Part shown: positions 25,341 through 34,337 of the stretch, piece by piece
Layout of the letters: every line of letters starts with the position of its first letter
Position numbering within the stretch: the first letter of the stretch is position 1
NCBI GenBank assembly: GCA_036751825.1
Contig: DAIOTV010000002.1
Coordinates: 966 to 64,965 of the forward strand
DNA from: Phycisphaerales bacterium
GTDB taxonomy: Bacteria > Planctomycetota > Phycisphaerae > Phycisphaerales > UBA1924
Direction of reading: 5' to 3'
Length of the DNA: 64,000 nt
The notes under the pieces: generated by a model
Database searches by the model: none
What the model was told of the DNA's origin: nothing
What the model saw: the letters and a program-made list of their open reading frames with translations, nothing else
Translations under genes and position numbers: made by a program

Positions 25341-27103
25341 GCCTGCGGCGGCGCGGCATCCGGGTCGGCGAAGCGCTCATCGCGGCCGGAGCCATCAGCG
25401 AGCGCGATCTCGAGCGGGCGCTCACCGAGCAGGCCCGCACCGGCGCCCGGCTGGGCGAGGTGCTCGTCGACGAGGGCTACGTGTCGCAGCTGACCATGGT
25501 GCGAACGCTCGCGCAGAGCATGAACGTGCGCGGGTGCCAGCTCCGGCACGGCCTGATCGACCCAGGGCTGCTGTCGATGGTCGGCGAAGAAGAGTGCGAG
25601 CGACTGCGTGTCATCCCGATGTTCCGCGTCCGCGGCGTGATGACGGTCGCCATGTCCGAGCCGCAGAACCTGTCGAAGGTCGACCAGCTGCGCCGCCTGT
25701 CCGGATGCGAGATCCGGCCGGTGCTCGCTCTTGAGAGCAACGTGCTCGAGTTCGTCCGCAAGTATCGAGGCGGCAACGTCAGCGTCGACGAGTTCCTCAC
25801 ATCTCTCAACGAGCAGGATCTGGAGGTCGTCGAGCGCGAGAACGTCGACGAGGGCGCCGAGACCGATCTCGACCAGATGGTCGAGGGAAGCCCGATCATC
25901 AATCTCGTGAACATCGCGCTGCTCACCGCTGTCCGCGACGGCGCCAGCGATGTCCACATCGAGCCGGACAAACGCGGCACCCGGATCCGCTACCGCGTCG
26001 ACGGGGTGCTGCGCGAGCTCATGAACCCCCCGCCGGGCGTGCACGCGGCGATCGTCAGCCGGATCAAGGTCATCGGGAAGATGGACATCGCCATCAAGCG
26101 CATGCCGCAGGAGGGGCGCGTCCGCATCATCGCCGAGGGGCGCGAGATCGACCTCCGCGTGTCGAGCATGCCCACGCTGCTCGGCGAGAAAATGGTGATC
26201 CGCGTCCTCGACAAGTCGAACCTCCGCATCAGGCTCGACGAGCTCGGCTTCAAGGGCCCGGCGCTCGAGACCTTTCAGCGGATGCTGCGGAAGCCTCACG
26301 GGCTTGTGCTGGTCACCGGGCCCACCGGGTCCGGCAAGACCACGACGCTGTATTCCGCGCTTGACCAGCTGCGCACCCCGGAGCGGAACATCGTCACCGT
26401 CGAGGATCCCGTCGAGTACCAGCTCGACATGGTCAATCAGATTCAGGTGCACGAGCAGGTGGGACTCAGCTTCTCGCACTCGCTGCGGAGCATCCTCCGG
26501 CAGGACCCGGACATCATCATGATCGGTGAGATCCGGGACGAACAGACCGCGCGGGTCGCCGTTCAGGCCGCGCTGACCGGACACCTCGTGCTCGCCACGC
26601 TTCACACCAACGACGCCACGGGCGCCGTCGCGCGGCTCGGCGACATGGGCATCGAGCCCTACCTGCTCTCCGGCTCGCTCAACGGCGCCGTGGCGCAGCG
26701 GCTTGCCCGCACGCTCTGCCCGCATTGCACCGTCAAGTACTACCCGGGCGAAGCCGTGCTGATCGACGCCGGCATCCCCGAGGACGCAGGAAGACCCTTC
26801 CGACGCGGGGCCGGGTGCCAGCAGTGCCACGATTCCGGCTTCCAGGGCCGCATGGGCGTGTACGAGGTCATGGAGGTGACGCCGGAGCTGCGGCGGATGA
26901 TCCACCTCGGCGAGCCCTCGCACGAACTTCGCGCCGAGATCAGGCGGAACGGTGTGGCGACCCTGCGTGACGAAGGGGTCGATCTCGCTCGCGCGGGGCG
27001 GACAAGCCTCGAAGAAGCCCTGCGCGTCACCCACAGCGATGACGCGGCCGCTCCGGCACCGAATAGCGTATCCCAACGCAGCACGGTGGAGCGAGCGGCA
27101 TGA
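25337..27103 (+). CDS. GspE/PilB/MshE-family secretion ATPase with an N-terminal MshEN-type domain
   Basis: Walker A GPTGSGKTTT, Asp box, Walker B and His box are present, and the tetracysteine reads CPHC...CQQC. The N-terminus carries two RxGxxLIxxGxIxxxxLxxxLxxQ-type motifs. Confidence 0.95.
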   Translation: MSLRRRGIRVGEALIAAGAISERDLERALTEQARTGARLGEVLVDEGYVSQLTMVRTLAQSMNVRGCQLRHGLIDPGLLSMVGEEECERLRVIPMFRVRGVMTVAMSEPQNLSKVDQLRRLSGCEIRPVLALESNVLEFVRKYRGGNVSVDEFLTSLNEQDLEVVERENVDEGAETDLDQMVEGSPIINLVNIALLTAVRDGASDVHIEPDKRGTRIRYRVDGVLRELMNPPPGVHAAIVSRIKVIGKMDIAIKRMPQEGRVRIIAEGREIDLRVSSMPTLLGEKMVIRVLDKSNLRIRLDELGFKGPALETFQRMLRKPHGLVLVTGPTGSGKTTTLYSALDQLRTPERNIVTVEDPVEYQLDMVNQIQVHEQVGLSFSHSLRSILRQDPDIIMIGEIRDEQTARVAVQAALTGHLVLATLHTNDATGAVARLGDMGIEPYLLSGSLNGAVAQRLARTLCPHCTVKYYPGEAVLIDAGIPEDAGRPFRRGAGCQQCHDSGFQGRMGVYEVMEVTPELRRMIHLGEPSHELRAEIRRNGVATLRDEGVDLARAGRTSLEEALRVTHSDDAAAPAPNSVSQRSTVERAA

Positions 27104-28320
27104 AGTTCCGGTACGAAGCATTTAATCCGGACGGGTCGCTTGCCGCCGGTGAGATCGACGCCGACTCGCGGGCGGAAGCCGAGCAGGCGATCCGAGCGCA
27201 GGGCAGATTCCCCTCCGTCGTCTCCGCGGCGGCGACCGGCAGGCAGAAGCCCCGGCGAACCGGTCTTCAGCTCGGGCAGAACCGCCTCCGCCAGCTGACG
27301 GCGTTCACCCGCCAGCTGACTGTGCTGATCTCTAGCGGGACGCCCCTCGTGGACGCGATCGAGGCCGCGGAACGCCAGACGCCGCCGGGTCCTTGGCGAG
27401 ACATCATCGAGGATGTGCGGTCCCATGTCGAGCGGGGCGAGTCCCTCTCGGCCGCCATGGCGCGGCATCCGGGCCACTTCGACAGCGTCTACCGCAGTCT
27501 CATCCAGGCGGGCGAGTCGGGCGGCGACATGCACCGCATTCTCGAACGCCTCGCGATGATGTCGCGCCAGCGTCAGGTCGTGCAGAACACCGTCATGGGG
27601 GCGATGCTGTATCCGTCGCTGCTCCTGTTCGTATCGGGAGGCGTGCTCGTCGGGCTGTTCCTCGCCGTGCTGCCGCGGTTCGAGCAGTTGTTCGAAACAC
27701 TTGATGCGCCGCTGCCGCCGACCACGGCGGTTCTCATCGAGAGCTCGGCGTTCGTCCGGTCCAATGCGATCTGGATCGTCCTGGGAATCGCGGCGGCCGT
27801 CTCCGGTGTGATCGCCTACGCCCGGTCCGCGGACGGGCGGGCGGCGGTGCAGCGGCTCGTGGTGCGCCTGCCGCTGATCGGCGCGGCGGTGCGATCGTTC
27901 GTGGTGGCCCGCCTCGCACGGGTGCTGGGCGTGATGCTCGAAGCTCGGGTCCCGCTGCTCGAGAGTCTTCGGGTCGCGCAGGCGAGTGCCAGGCATATCG
28001 AGTACGAGGCCATCATCGGCAACGCAACGGATCGGGTCGAGCGTGGCGAGGCGCTGAGCGACTCGATCGAGGACGGGTTCCTGATCCCCTCCTCGCTCGC
28101 CGAGGCCATCCGCAACGGCGAGCAGAACGGTCGCGTCGGTGAGGTGCTCGTTGTGCTGGCCGACATGCTCGACGAGGACAACGCGATCTTTGCTCGCTCG
28201 ATCACGAGCATCCTCGAGCCGGCGATCCTGTCCCTGCTCGGCGTGGTCGTCGGAGGCGTTGCGATGAGTCTCTTCCTGCCGCTCTTTGATCTCACGGCCT
28301 CGACCGGAGGGGCACCCTGA
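27100..28320 (+). CDS. GspF/PilC-family platform protein
   Basis: Two T2SSF-type repeats, 3 TM segments, and ATGA overlap with the ATPase gene. Confidence 0.9.
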   Translation: MKFRYEAFNPDGSLAAGEIDADSRAEAEQAIRAQGRFPSVVSAAATGRQKPRRTGLQLGQNRLRQLTAFTRQLTVLISSGTPLVDAIEAAERQTPPGPWRDIIEDVRSHVERGESLSAAMARHPGHFDSVYRSLIQAGESGGDMHRILERLAMMSRQRQVVQNTVMGAMLYPSLLLFVSGGVLVGLFLAVLPRFEQLFETLDAPLPPTTAVLIESSAFVRSNAIWIVLGIAAAVSGVIAYARSADGRAAVQRLVVRLPLIGAAVRSFVVARLARVLGVMLEARVPLLESLRVAQASARHIEYEAIIGNATDRVERGEALSDSIEDGFLIPSSLAEAIRNGEQNGRVGEVLVVLADMLDEDNAIFARSITSILEPAILSLLGVVVGGVAMSLFLPLFDLTASTGGAP

Positions 28321-29189
28321 TGCTGCCGGTCTCGCATCAGACCCAGATCGGGATCGATCCCGCCGAAGACGCCGTCCGCGTCGTGGCCGCCCGCGGCAAC
28401 GTGGTGCTCGCCGCTGTGGAGGTGCCGATTGTCAAGGGTGTTGTCCCCCGTGCGGAGGCGCTGCGGCGTGCCCTGGCGGCGGTCGAGCGTCGCGGCGTTC
28501 AGGATCTCGGGCGCTGCGTCGCGATCGCACCGATGTCAATCATGACCAACGCGGTGCTGGAACTGCCTCCGCTGTCCTCGGGGGCGCCGATCGACGACCT
28601 CGCGGCGGCGGAAATGACGCGGGGCACGGACGGTGGCGGCGTCGAGGTGGCCGTCTTTCCCGTGCGAAACCGAGAGAACGGCCCCTCGGAGTACTTCGTC
28701 GCTTCCGCCCGCCGCGATGGTGTGCTGGCCCTGGTCGACGACTTTGCGGCGATCGGGGTCGAGGTGCGTGCCGTGGATGCGCCGGTGACCGCGCTGAGCC
28801 GGGCGTGCGGCACGGTGAACTGCCTCATCGCTTCCATCGTGAGGGGCGGGGCTGCTCTGCACGCCGTGCAGGGCGGAACGCCGATTCTGTCGCGGACCGT
28901 TCCCCTCACCGCCTCGCGGCTGTCGAGTGCGTTGCTTATCTCCGAGATCGACCGGTGCGCCGGATACCTCGCGACCTACCGCGCCGACGCCGCGATCGAG
29001 GAGATCGTGCTCGTCGGTTCCGCGGACACGCTGCCCGGCGCGGCGCGTGACATCGCGTGCGAGTTTGATGTCGGCGTGCGGGTGTGGGGGCGGCCAGCCG
29101 AGGGCGGCTCGGTCGACGGGCTCGGCCCGGCGTTTGCCGGCGCCTACGGCGCTGCGCGATGGGGACACACGGGGAGGGCAGCGGCATGA
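28320..29189 (+). CDS. PilM/MshI-like actin-fold assembly protein (short form)
   Basis: N-terminal QIGIDPAEDAVRVVAAR resembles the PilM GxDIGxxxxK phosphate-1 strand. Position between the platform protein and the PilN-like gene. 1-nt overlap (TGATG). Confidence 0.55.
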   Translation: MLPVSHQTQIGIDPAEDAVRVVAARGNVVLAAVEVPIVKGVVPRAEALRRALAAVERRGVQDLGRCVAIAPMSIMTNAVLELPPLSSGAPIDDLAAAEMTRGTDGGGVEVAVFPVRNRENGPSEYFVASARRDGVLALVDDFAAIGVEVRAVDAPVTALSRACGTVNCLIASIVRGGAALHAVQGGTPILSRTVPLTASRLSSALLISEIDRCAGYLATYRADAAIEEIVLVGSADTLPGAARDIACEFDVGVRVWGRPAEGGSVDGLGPAFAGAYGAARWGHTGRAAA

Positions 29190-29785
29190 AGTCCGTCAAC
29201 CTGCTGCCCAAGCCGATCCTGGCCCAGCGGACGCGACGCATCCGCCGCACGATCTGGACCCGTTCGCTGCTGGCGTACTGCATCGTTCTTCTGGCCGCCG
29301 TTCTCGCCGTCGAGGGCGTGCTGATCGAACCGACGGAGGCCCTTGAGGCTCAGTCGCTCGCCGTGGCGTCAGACATCGCGGCCAACGAGGCCCGGCTGGC
29401 GCTCCAGCAAGAACTCAAAGAGTCGCTGGTCGCCGAGCTCGCGGTCTTGACCGAGATCCACGGCCAGCCCGATTGGAGCGTGCTGATCCGGCACATCAGC
29501 GAGCACCGAGGCGAGGGTGTTGCGATTCGCTCGGTACGCGTTGCGCTCGCAGCGCAGTCCGCCTCGCAGATCACGCCGAGCCAGCTCGCGCGCGGGCCCT
29601 ACCGCGTCGAGATGAGCGGCCTCGCGCGCACGCAGTCGGACGTGACCGAGTACATGGTCCGCCTCGAACGGGCCGGGCTGCTCGGAGAGATCAGGCTGCA
29701 GGGGACCTCCCCGACACGCGTGGGCGATGAGACCGCGTTCGTTTTCTCGCTTCAGGCTCGCCTGGGAGCGGAGGGCCAAAGCTGA
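29186..29785 (+). CDS. PilN/GspL(C-terminal)-like bitopic assembly protein
   Basis: MKSVNLLPKPILAQRTRRIRR followed by one TM, the canonical PilN N-terminus (INLLP motif). ATGA overlap. Confidence 0.65.
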   Translation: MKSVNLLPKPILAQRTRRIRRTIWTRSLLAYCIVLLAAVLAVEGVLIEPTEALEAQSLAVASDIAANEARLALQQELKESLVAELAVLTEIHGQPDWSVLIRHISEHRGEGVAIRSVRVALAAQSASQITPSQLARGPYRVEMSGLARTQSDVTEYMVRLERAGLLGEIRLQGTSPTRVGDETAFVFSLQARLGAEGQS

Positions 29786-30342
29786 TGCTCAGAAACCCCA
29801 TCGATCGCGCCGGGTGTGCCATCGCCGTTGCCATCACGGCGATCGGATACGCGGGCGGAATCCGACCCGTCGTCGCTCATCAGACGCAACGCATCATGAT
29901 GGAACGCGACATCGCGAGCAAGCAGGGCGATCTCGAGCAGCTCCGCGGCGATGTGGTCGAGAAGGAAGCGGTTGTGCAGACGCTGCAGAGACGGGTGGGC
30001 GACTTTCGCACGAGCTTTGAGGCCTCGCCGCGGCTGAACGAACGGATCGGTGAGCTCGCGGCGCTGGCGGAGGTCACCGGAGTTGCCGTCGGGTCGATCC
30101 GGCCCGGGGAGCCAACCGCAGGCGACGGAGTCCGGCAGCAGCCGGTATCGATCTCGGGCCAGGGAGCGCCCGGAGACATCGCCAGGTTCCTGTCGCAGCT
30201 GCGGGTCGTGTTCCCGGACATGGGCGTGCGCAGCTTCACCGTCAGCGGTCAGTCCGCCGAGACGTCGTTGATCGCCGCCGAGCTGGTGTGGTTTACCGGT
30301 TCCAACGATCAGTCCGATTCGGAGGCCGCCCCGTCGCGGTAG
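29785..30342 (+). CDS. PilO/GspM-like bitopic assembly protein
   Basis: One N-terminal TM (CAIAVAITAIGYAG), a coiled-coil segment and a C-terminal alpha/beta region. Called by position and topology only. Confidence 0.45.
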   Translation: MLRNPIDRAGCAIAVAITAIGYAGGIRPVVAHQTQRIMMERDIASKQGDLEQLRGDVVEKEAVVQTLQRRVGDFRTSFEASPRLNERIGELAALAEVTGVAVGSIRPGEPTAGDGVRQQPVSISGQGAPGDIARFLSQLRVVFPDMGVRSFTVSGQSAETSLIAAELVWFTGSNDQSDSEAAPSR

Positions 30343-30391
30343 CGCACGCGGATTGCTTGCCGCCGCGTCGATGCGATTGCATGCTTGGGCC

Positions 30392-30901
30392 ATGGCCAGG
30401 GGGAAGCCGAACCGGATCATGCTGGGGTTGCTGGGCGTCGCGGTGCTTGCGCTGCTGACCGACCAGCTGCTTCCGGCCTCAAGCCACGCCGACGAGGCGT
30501 TCGTGCCCACGGGCACCGAGGCGCAGGCGATCGAGGCGGCTCCGTCTCCCGACGCGCTGAGGAACGGGCCAACACTCTCGGACCGCTTCGCCGGTTTCGA
30601 GCAGCCCGGCGAGCCCGACCGCGATGCCATCGGGGCCGCCTTCGCCCCCCTCGCCACAAAGGACGAGTCGACCGGGCCGGCCGCGGCCGAGCCGGAATCG
30701 AACGAGGTCGGTCTCAAGCTCTCCGCGATTCTTCGTCGGGAAGACGGGAACATCGCCGTGATCAACGGCCGCCCGCTCCGAGTGGGCGACTCGATCGATG
30801 GAGCGCGGATTCTCTCGATCGAGGGGCAGCGGGTCCGGGTCGAGACCGCCGTGGGTGCGATAACGCTCGAGCTGCAGCGTCCGAAGCTGCAAGCCGACTA
30901 G
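30392..30901 (+). CDS. GspB/MshK/PilP-like protein
   Basis: N-terminal TM, then the C-terminal LSAILRREDGNIAVINGRPLRVGDSIDGARILSIEGQRVRV typical of the T2SSB/MshK family. Alternative starts at 30353 or 30371. Confidence 0.55.
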   Translation: MARGKPNRIMLGLLGVAVLALLTDQLLPASSHADEAFVPTGTEAQAIEAAPSPDALRNGPTLSDRFAGFEQPGEPDRDAIGAAFAPLATKDESTGPAAAEPESNEVGLKLSAILRREDGNIAVINGRPLRVGDSIDGARILSIEGQRVRVETAVGAITLELQRPKLQAD

Positions 30902-30993
30902 CGCTGCCGCGTGCGCGCCCTGTTGGGCGATTTCTCCTTGCAACAGGCGTCAAGTCCGCCGGCGATCGGGACGATCTCCTCGGGGAGGTCCAC

Positions 30994-31473
30994 ATGGGGG
31001 AATTGCAAATGATGTCAAGAGCGCGCCGGCGAGGGTTCAGCCTGATCGAACTGGTGATTGTGGTGGTGATCCTCGGGATCATCGGAGCGATCGCCATCCC
31101 GCGGATGAGCCGCGGCTCCGAGGGCGCGGCCGAATCGGCCCTCAAGGCCAACCTGCAGGCCCTGCGAGGGGCGATCGATCTGTACGCCGCCGAGCATCAG
31201 GGCGCGTACCCGTCGGTCGGCGATTTCGTCGACCAGCTCACGCTCTACAGCGATGCCAGCGGAGCCACCAGTGCGACCAAAACCGGCGACTTCATCTACG
31301 GCCCGTACCTGCGATCGATCCCGCCGCTGCCCGTTGGAACGAACCAGGGCAATTCCGGTGTCGCCGCGGCAGACGGCGCGGGCGTCGGCTGGCTGTACAA
31401 CGAAACCGCGGGCACCATCGTCTCGAACACCGGCACCGAAGGCAATGGCACAACGCAGTGGAACGCGTTCTAG
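30994..31473 (+). CDS. Major pseudopilin (GspG-like; prepilin-type N-terminal methylation domain)
   Basis: RRRG/FSLIELVIVVVILGIIGAIAIPR with Glu+5. No C-terminal Cys pair. GGGGAGG upstream. Confidence 0.85.
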   Translation: MGELQMMSRARRRGFSLIELVIVVVILGIIGAIAIPRMSRGSEGAAESALKANLQALRGAIDLYAAEHQGAYPSVGDFVDQLTLYSDASGATSATKTGDFIYGPYLRSIPPLPVGTNQGNSGVAAADGAGVGWLYNETAGTIVSNTGTEGNGTTQWNAF

Positions 31474-32026
31474 TCTGAGCCGGCGTGGTTTCACGCTGGT
31501 CGAGCTCGCGGTGGTCATCGCGGTTCTCGCGGTGATCTCCGCGGTGGCGATCCCTCGGTTCGCATCCGCCTCGGCCCGTTCGAGGCTGGACGCCGCCGCG
31601 GCCAGGGTCGTGCAGGACATCGCCGTCTCCGCCGCGAGCGCGCAGGCGATGGGATCCGATCGCCAGATGGTCTTCGACGCTCCCACCGATCAGTACCTGC
31701 TCGTCGGCGTGCGGACACGCGGCGGCGGGACCTTCCGGTCGGTCCGGCTCGGCGATCCGCCCTACGAGACCAACATCGTCTCGGCGACATTCGAGGGCTC
31801 GCCGCTGCTGCGCCTCAGCGGCTACGGCGTGCCGGAGACGACCGGCACGATCAACCTCGCGGTGGGCCGCCAGGGCAAGCGCATCGTGTTGAACGCCGGA
31901 ACCGCCGCCGTGCAGGTCCGTTCGCTCGACCTTTCCGACGACGCAACCGGTGACGTGCTGCCGAGCGTCACGCGCGACGTTGACGCCGGCACGATTGACA
32001 TCGGCGCTTCGGTGAGCTTCCGGTGA
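31445..32026 (+). CDS. Minor pseudopilin (GspH-like)
   Basis: SRRG/FTLVELAVVIAVLAVISAVAIPRF. Overlaps the preceding gene by 29 nt. Confidence 0.7.
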   Translation: MAQRSGTRSSLSRRGFTLVELAVVIAVLAVISAVAIPRFASASARSRLDAAAARVVQDIAVSAASAQAMGSDRQMVFDAPTDQYLLVGVRTRGGGTFRSVRLGDPPYETNIVSATFEGSPLLRLSGYGVPETTGTINLAVGRQGKRIVLNAGTAAVQVRSLDLSDDATGDVLPSVTRDVDAGTIDIGASVSFR

Positions 32027-32526
32027 GGCGCGCGCCGCGACCACGCCGGGCGTTCACACTCGTCGAACTCGTGTCGAGCCTCTTCGTGTCGTCCGTCGTT
32101 GTCGTTGCCATGGCGTCCACTATCGGGCTGATGACGAGGGCGCTGCCGGACGCCTCGCTGCCGACGCAGACCGGCATCGTTGTGCAGCGGACACTCGACA
32201 TGATCGCGAACGACGCCCGCTTCGCCGCCGATGTCACGATCGTCGATGACGGCGAGGTCAGCATGCTCCTCCCTGATCGCGACGGCGACGGCTCGCCCGA
32301 CGTCGTCACCTATCGCTGGGCCGGTTCCGACGGCGACCCGCTCACCCGCGAGCACAAGTCGCTCGGCGAGGCTCCCCTGCTCACCGCCGTTGACGAGGTC
32401 AGCTTCGCGTGGGCCAGCTTCTCCGAGCCGGCCGGGCCCTTGCACAAGTGTCTCATGATCTCCATCCGCGTCGGCGCGACCGAGATGTCGATCGGCCCGC
32501 GCTGCCTGAATCTGGAGGCCGAATGA
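32023..32526 (+). CDS. Minor pseudopilin (GspJ/PilW-like)
   Basis: PRRA/FTLVELVSSLFVSSVVVVAMA. GTGA overlap. Confidence 0.6.
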   Translation: MRRAPRPRRAFTLVELVSSLFVSSVVVVAMASTIGLMTRALPDASLPTQTGIVVQRTLDMIANDARFAADVTIVDDGEVSMLLPDRDGDGSPDVVTYRWAGSDGDPLTREHKSLGEAPLLTAVDEVSFAWASFSEPAGPLHKCLMISIRVGATEMSIGPRCLNLEAE

Positions 32527-33131
32527 GGCTCGCCCGAGGAATCGCGATGGTCGAGGCCGTGCTCGCGACGGTGATCGTCGGCGGGCTCGCGGTCGCCGCC
32601 ATGTCGCTCGTCGGCACCATCGCGACCGAGCGGCGGGTGGCGGCGGACCGCAGTGTCGGGCACCTGCTTGCCAGGCAGCTCGCCGAGGAGATCGCGGCCC
32701 TGCCACTCGACCACACAACAAGAAGCGGGGCCGAGGGCGGCGAGGATAGCGAGGACGGAAACGACAACGGGGGCCGAAGCGGTGGACTTGTCGGCGGCAT
32801 CCTCGGTGGAGTGGCCGACGCGGTGGCTGGTCTTGCGGGCGAGGAACCAGACGAGCCGGACTCTGCCGACCGAAGCCTGCTGCTCGATGTGCTCGACTAC
32901 GACGGGTACACCAAGTCGCCCCCGGTCGACCGGGAAGGCACCGCCCTTCCGGGCGTCGAAGCCTGGATGCGGTCGGTCGAGGTCACCGAGGTGCTGCCCG
33001 GGGACCCCGATGGACCCGAGGTCGGCGGCACCGGCGTGTACCGCGTCCGCGTCACCGCCACCTTGAACGGCCGCCTCGCGGGCGAGATGGTCTTCTACCG
33101 ATCCCTCGCAGGCGACGAGGCGGTGCGATGA
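32523..33131 (+). CDS. Minor pseudopilin (GspI-like) with a Gly/Asp/Glu-rich insertion
   Basis: LARG/IAMVEAVLATVIVGGLAVAAM with Glu+5. ATGA overlap. Low-complexity insertion at 32715..32876. Confidence 0.6.
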   Translation: MRLARGIAMVEAVLATVIVGGLAVAAMSLVGTIATERRVAADRSVGHLLARQLAEEIAALPLDHTTRSGAEGGEDSEDGNDNGGRSGGLVGGILGGVADAVAGLAGEEPDEPDSADRSLLLDVLDYDGYTKSPPVDREGTALPGVEAWMRSVEVTEVLPGDPDGPEVGGTGVYRVRVTATLNGRLAGEMVFYRSLAGDEAVR

Positions 33132-34312
33132 GCCCGCGCCGTCAGGAACGCGGCGGCGTGTACCTGCTCGTGCTCGTCACGGCGGGTGTCGCGATGTCGA
33201 TGGGCGTGCTCGCGGTCGCCGCGGCCGCCTCCCAGCGGGAGATCCAGGAGATCGCCATCGACCGCGAACGCGCCGGCGCGATCGCCGAGTCGGGCATCCA
33301 CCTGGCCCTCGACGCCATCGAAGGCAACAGCACCTGGCGTCTGACCCCCGCAGGCCGCGTGCTCGGCCCGCTCACGCTCGACCGAGGACAGCTCTGGGTG
33401 GACGCCACCGATGCCGACGGCAGCCTGACCGACGATGACAGCGACCCGTTCACGCTCACCGCGACGGCGACCTTCGGCCAGGCGAGGCAACGCGTCGCGG
33501 TCGACATCGAGTCCGCGTTCGAGCCGATCGAAGCTCTGGAGCATGCGCTGGTCGCCCACGGCGGCGTGACCAATACGGGAGACATCACCCTGAGCGTGGA
33601 CACAGCCACGCTTGACATCTCGATCCCGCTTATCGCCGAGCTCGACCCGTGGAATCGCATGCGCGAGATGGGAGACATCGCCCTGCCCGATCCTGGGGTC
33701 ATCGCCCAGTATCAGGCGATGGGCACCGTGCTGCCTCAATCCATGAGCAACGGCGGTGAGGGCATGCTCTACGAGAAACTGCTGCTGACCATCGACGCTG
33801 CGGAGTCGAAGGCTGACCGAACAGCTCCGAACGCCGACCGCGTGTATGTGATCAACGGTCGCGGCGGACCGGTACTTCTTACGGACCTAAGGCTCGTCGG
33901 CACGCTCGTTGTCGTCAACGCCACCTCGCTCGAGATTTCGAGCCCGAAGACGATGCGCCCCTCGGCCGAGGGACACCCGCTGCTGCTCACCGCGGCGCCG
34001 CTCACGCTCGATGGCGTCAGCAAGAGGAGCACCAACAACGCGCTCAAAGGAGAGGACGCCAGACCGACCGGGCCCGACTTCGACCGAAAGGGCAACCAGG
34101 GTGCGCAAGGCCTGATCTACGTCAACAACAACGTGGCGATCGTGAACGAGCTTGACCTGATCGGCACGCTGATGTCGACCGGCCAGGTGTTCGTATCTGG
34201 AGAAGCGAACATCGAGCGGAACGACGCCTATCTCGAAGCTCCGCCGCCGGGCTTCCGCGGAGGCACGGTGCCCAGGATCGTGGCGGGCAGCTGGCGAGCG
34301 GTGGTCGACTAG
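33128..34312 (+). CDS. Large minor pseudopilin-like protein without Glu+5 (GspK/PilX-like by position)
   Basis: The N-terminal hydrophobic helix GGVYLLVLVTAGVAMSMGVLAVAAA lacks Glu+5, as in GspK. Last gene of the operon. ATGA overlap. Confidence 0.5.
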   Translation: MSPRRQERGGVYLLVLVTAGVAMSMGVLAVAAAASQREIQEIAIDRERAGAIAESGIHLALDAIEGNSTWRLTPAGRVLGPLTLDRGQLWVDATDADGSLTDDDSDPFTLTATATFGQARQRVAVDIESAFEPIEALEHALVAHGGVTNTGDITLSVDTATLDISIPLIAELDPWNRMREMGDIALPDPGVIAQYQAMGTVLPQSMSNGGEGMLYEKLLLTIDAAESKADRTAPNADRVYVINGRGGPVLLTDLRLVGTLVVVNATSLEISSPKTMRPSAEGHPLLLTAAPLTLDGVSKRSTNNALKGEDARPTGPDFDRKGNQGAQGLIYVNNNVAIVNELDLIGTLMSTGQVFVSGEANIERNDAYLEAPPPGFRGGTVPRIVAGSWRAVVD

Positions 34313-34337
34313 AGCCCACAAGATCAGCGTGGCCCCG

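Noticed and set aside
24989-27121. 710-aa ORF antisense to the STAS and GspE genes
   Set aside because: It is Arg/Gly/Asp/His-rich and low in complexity. It lies fully opposite a gene with unambiguous Walker, Asp-box, His-box and Zn motifs. This is a typical GC-driven open frame.
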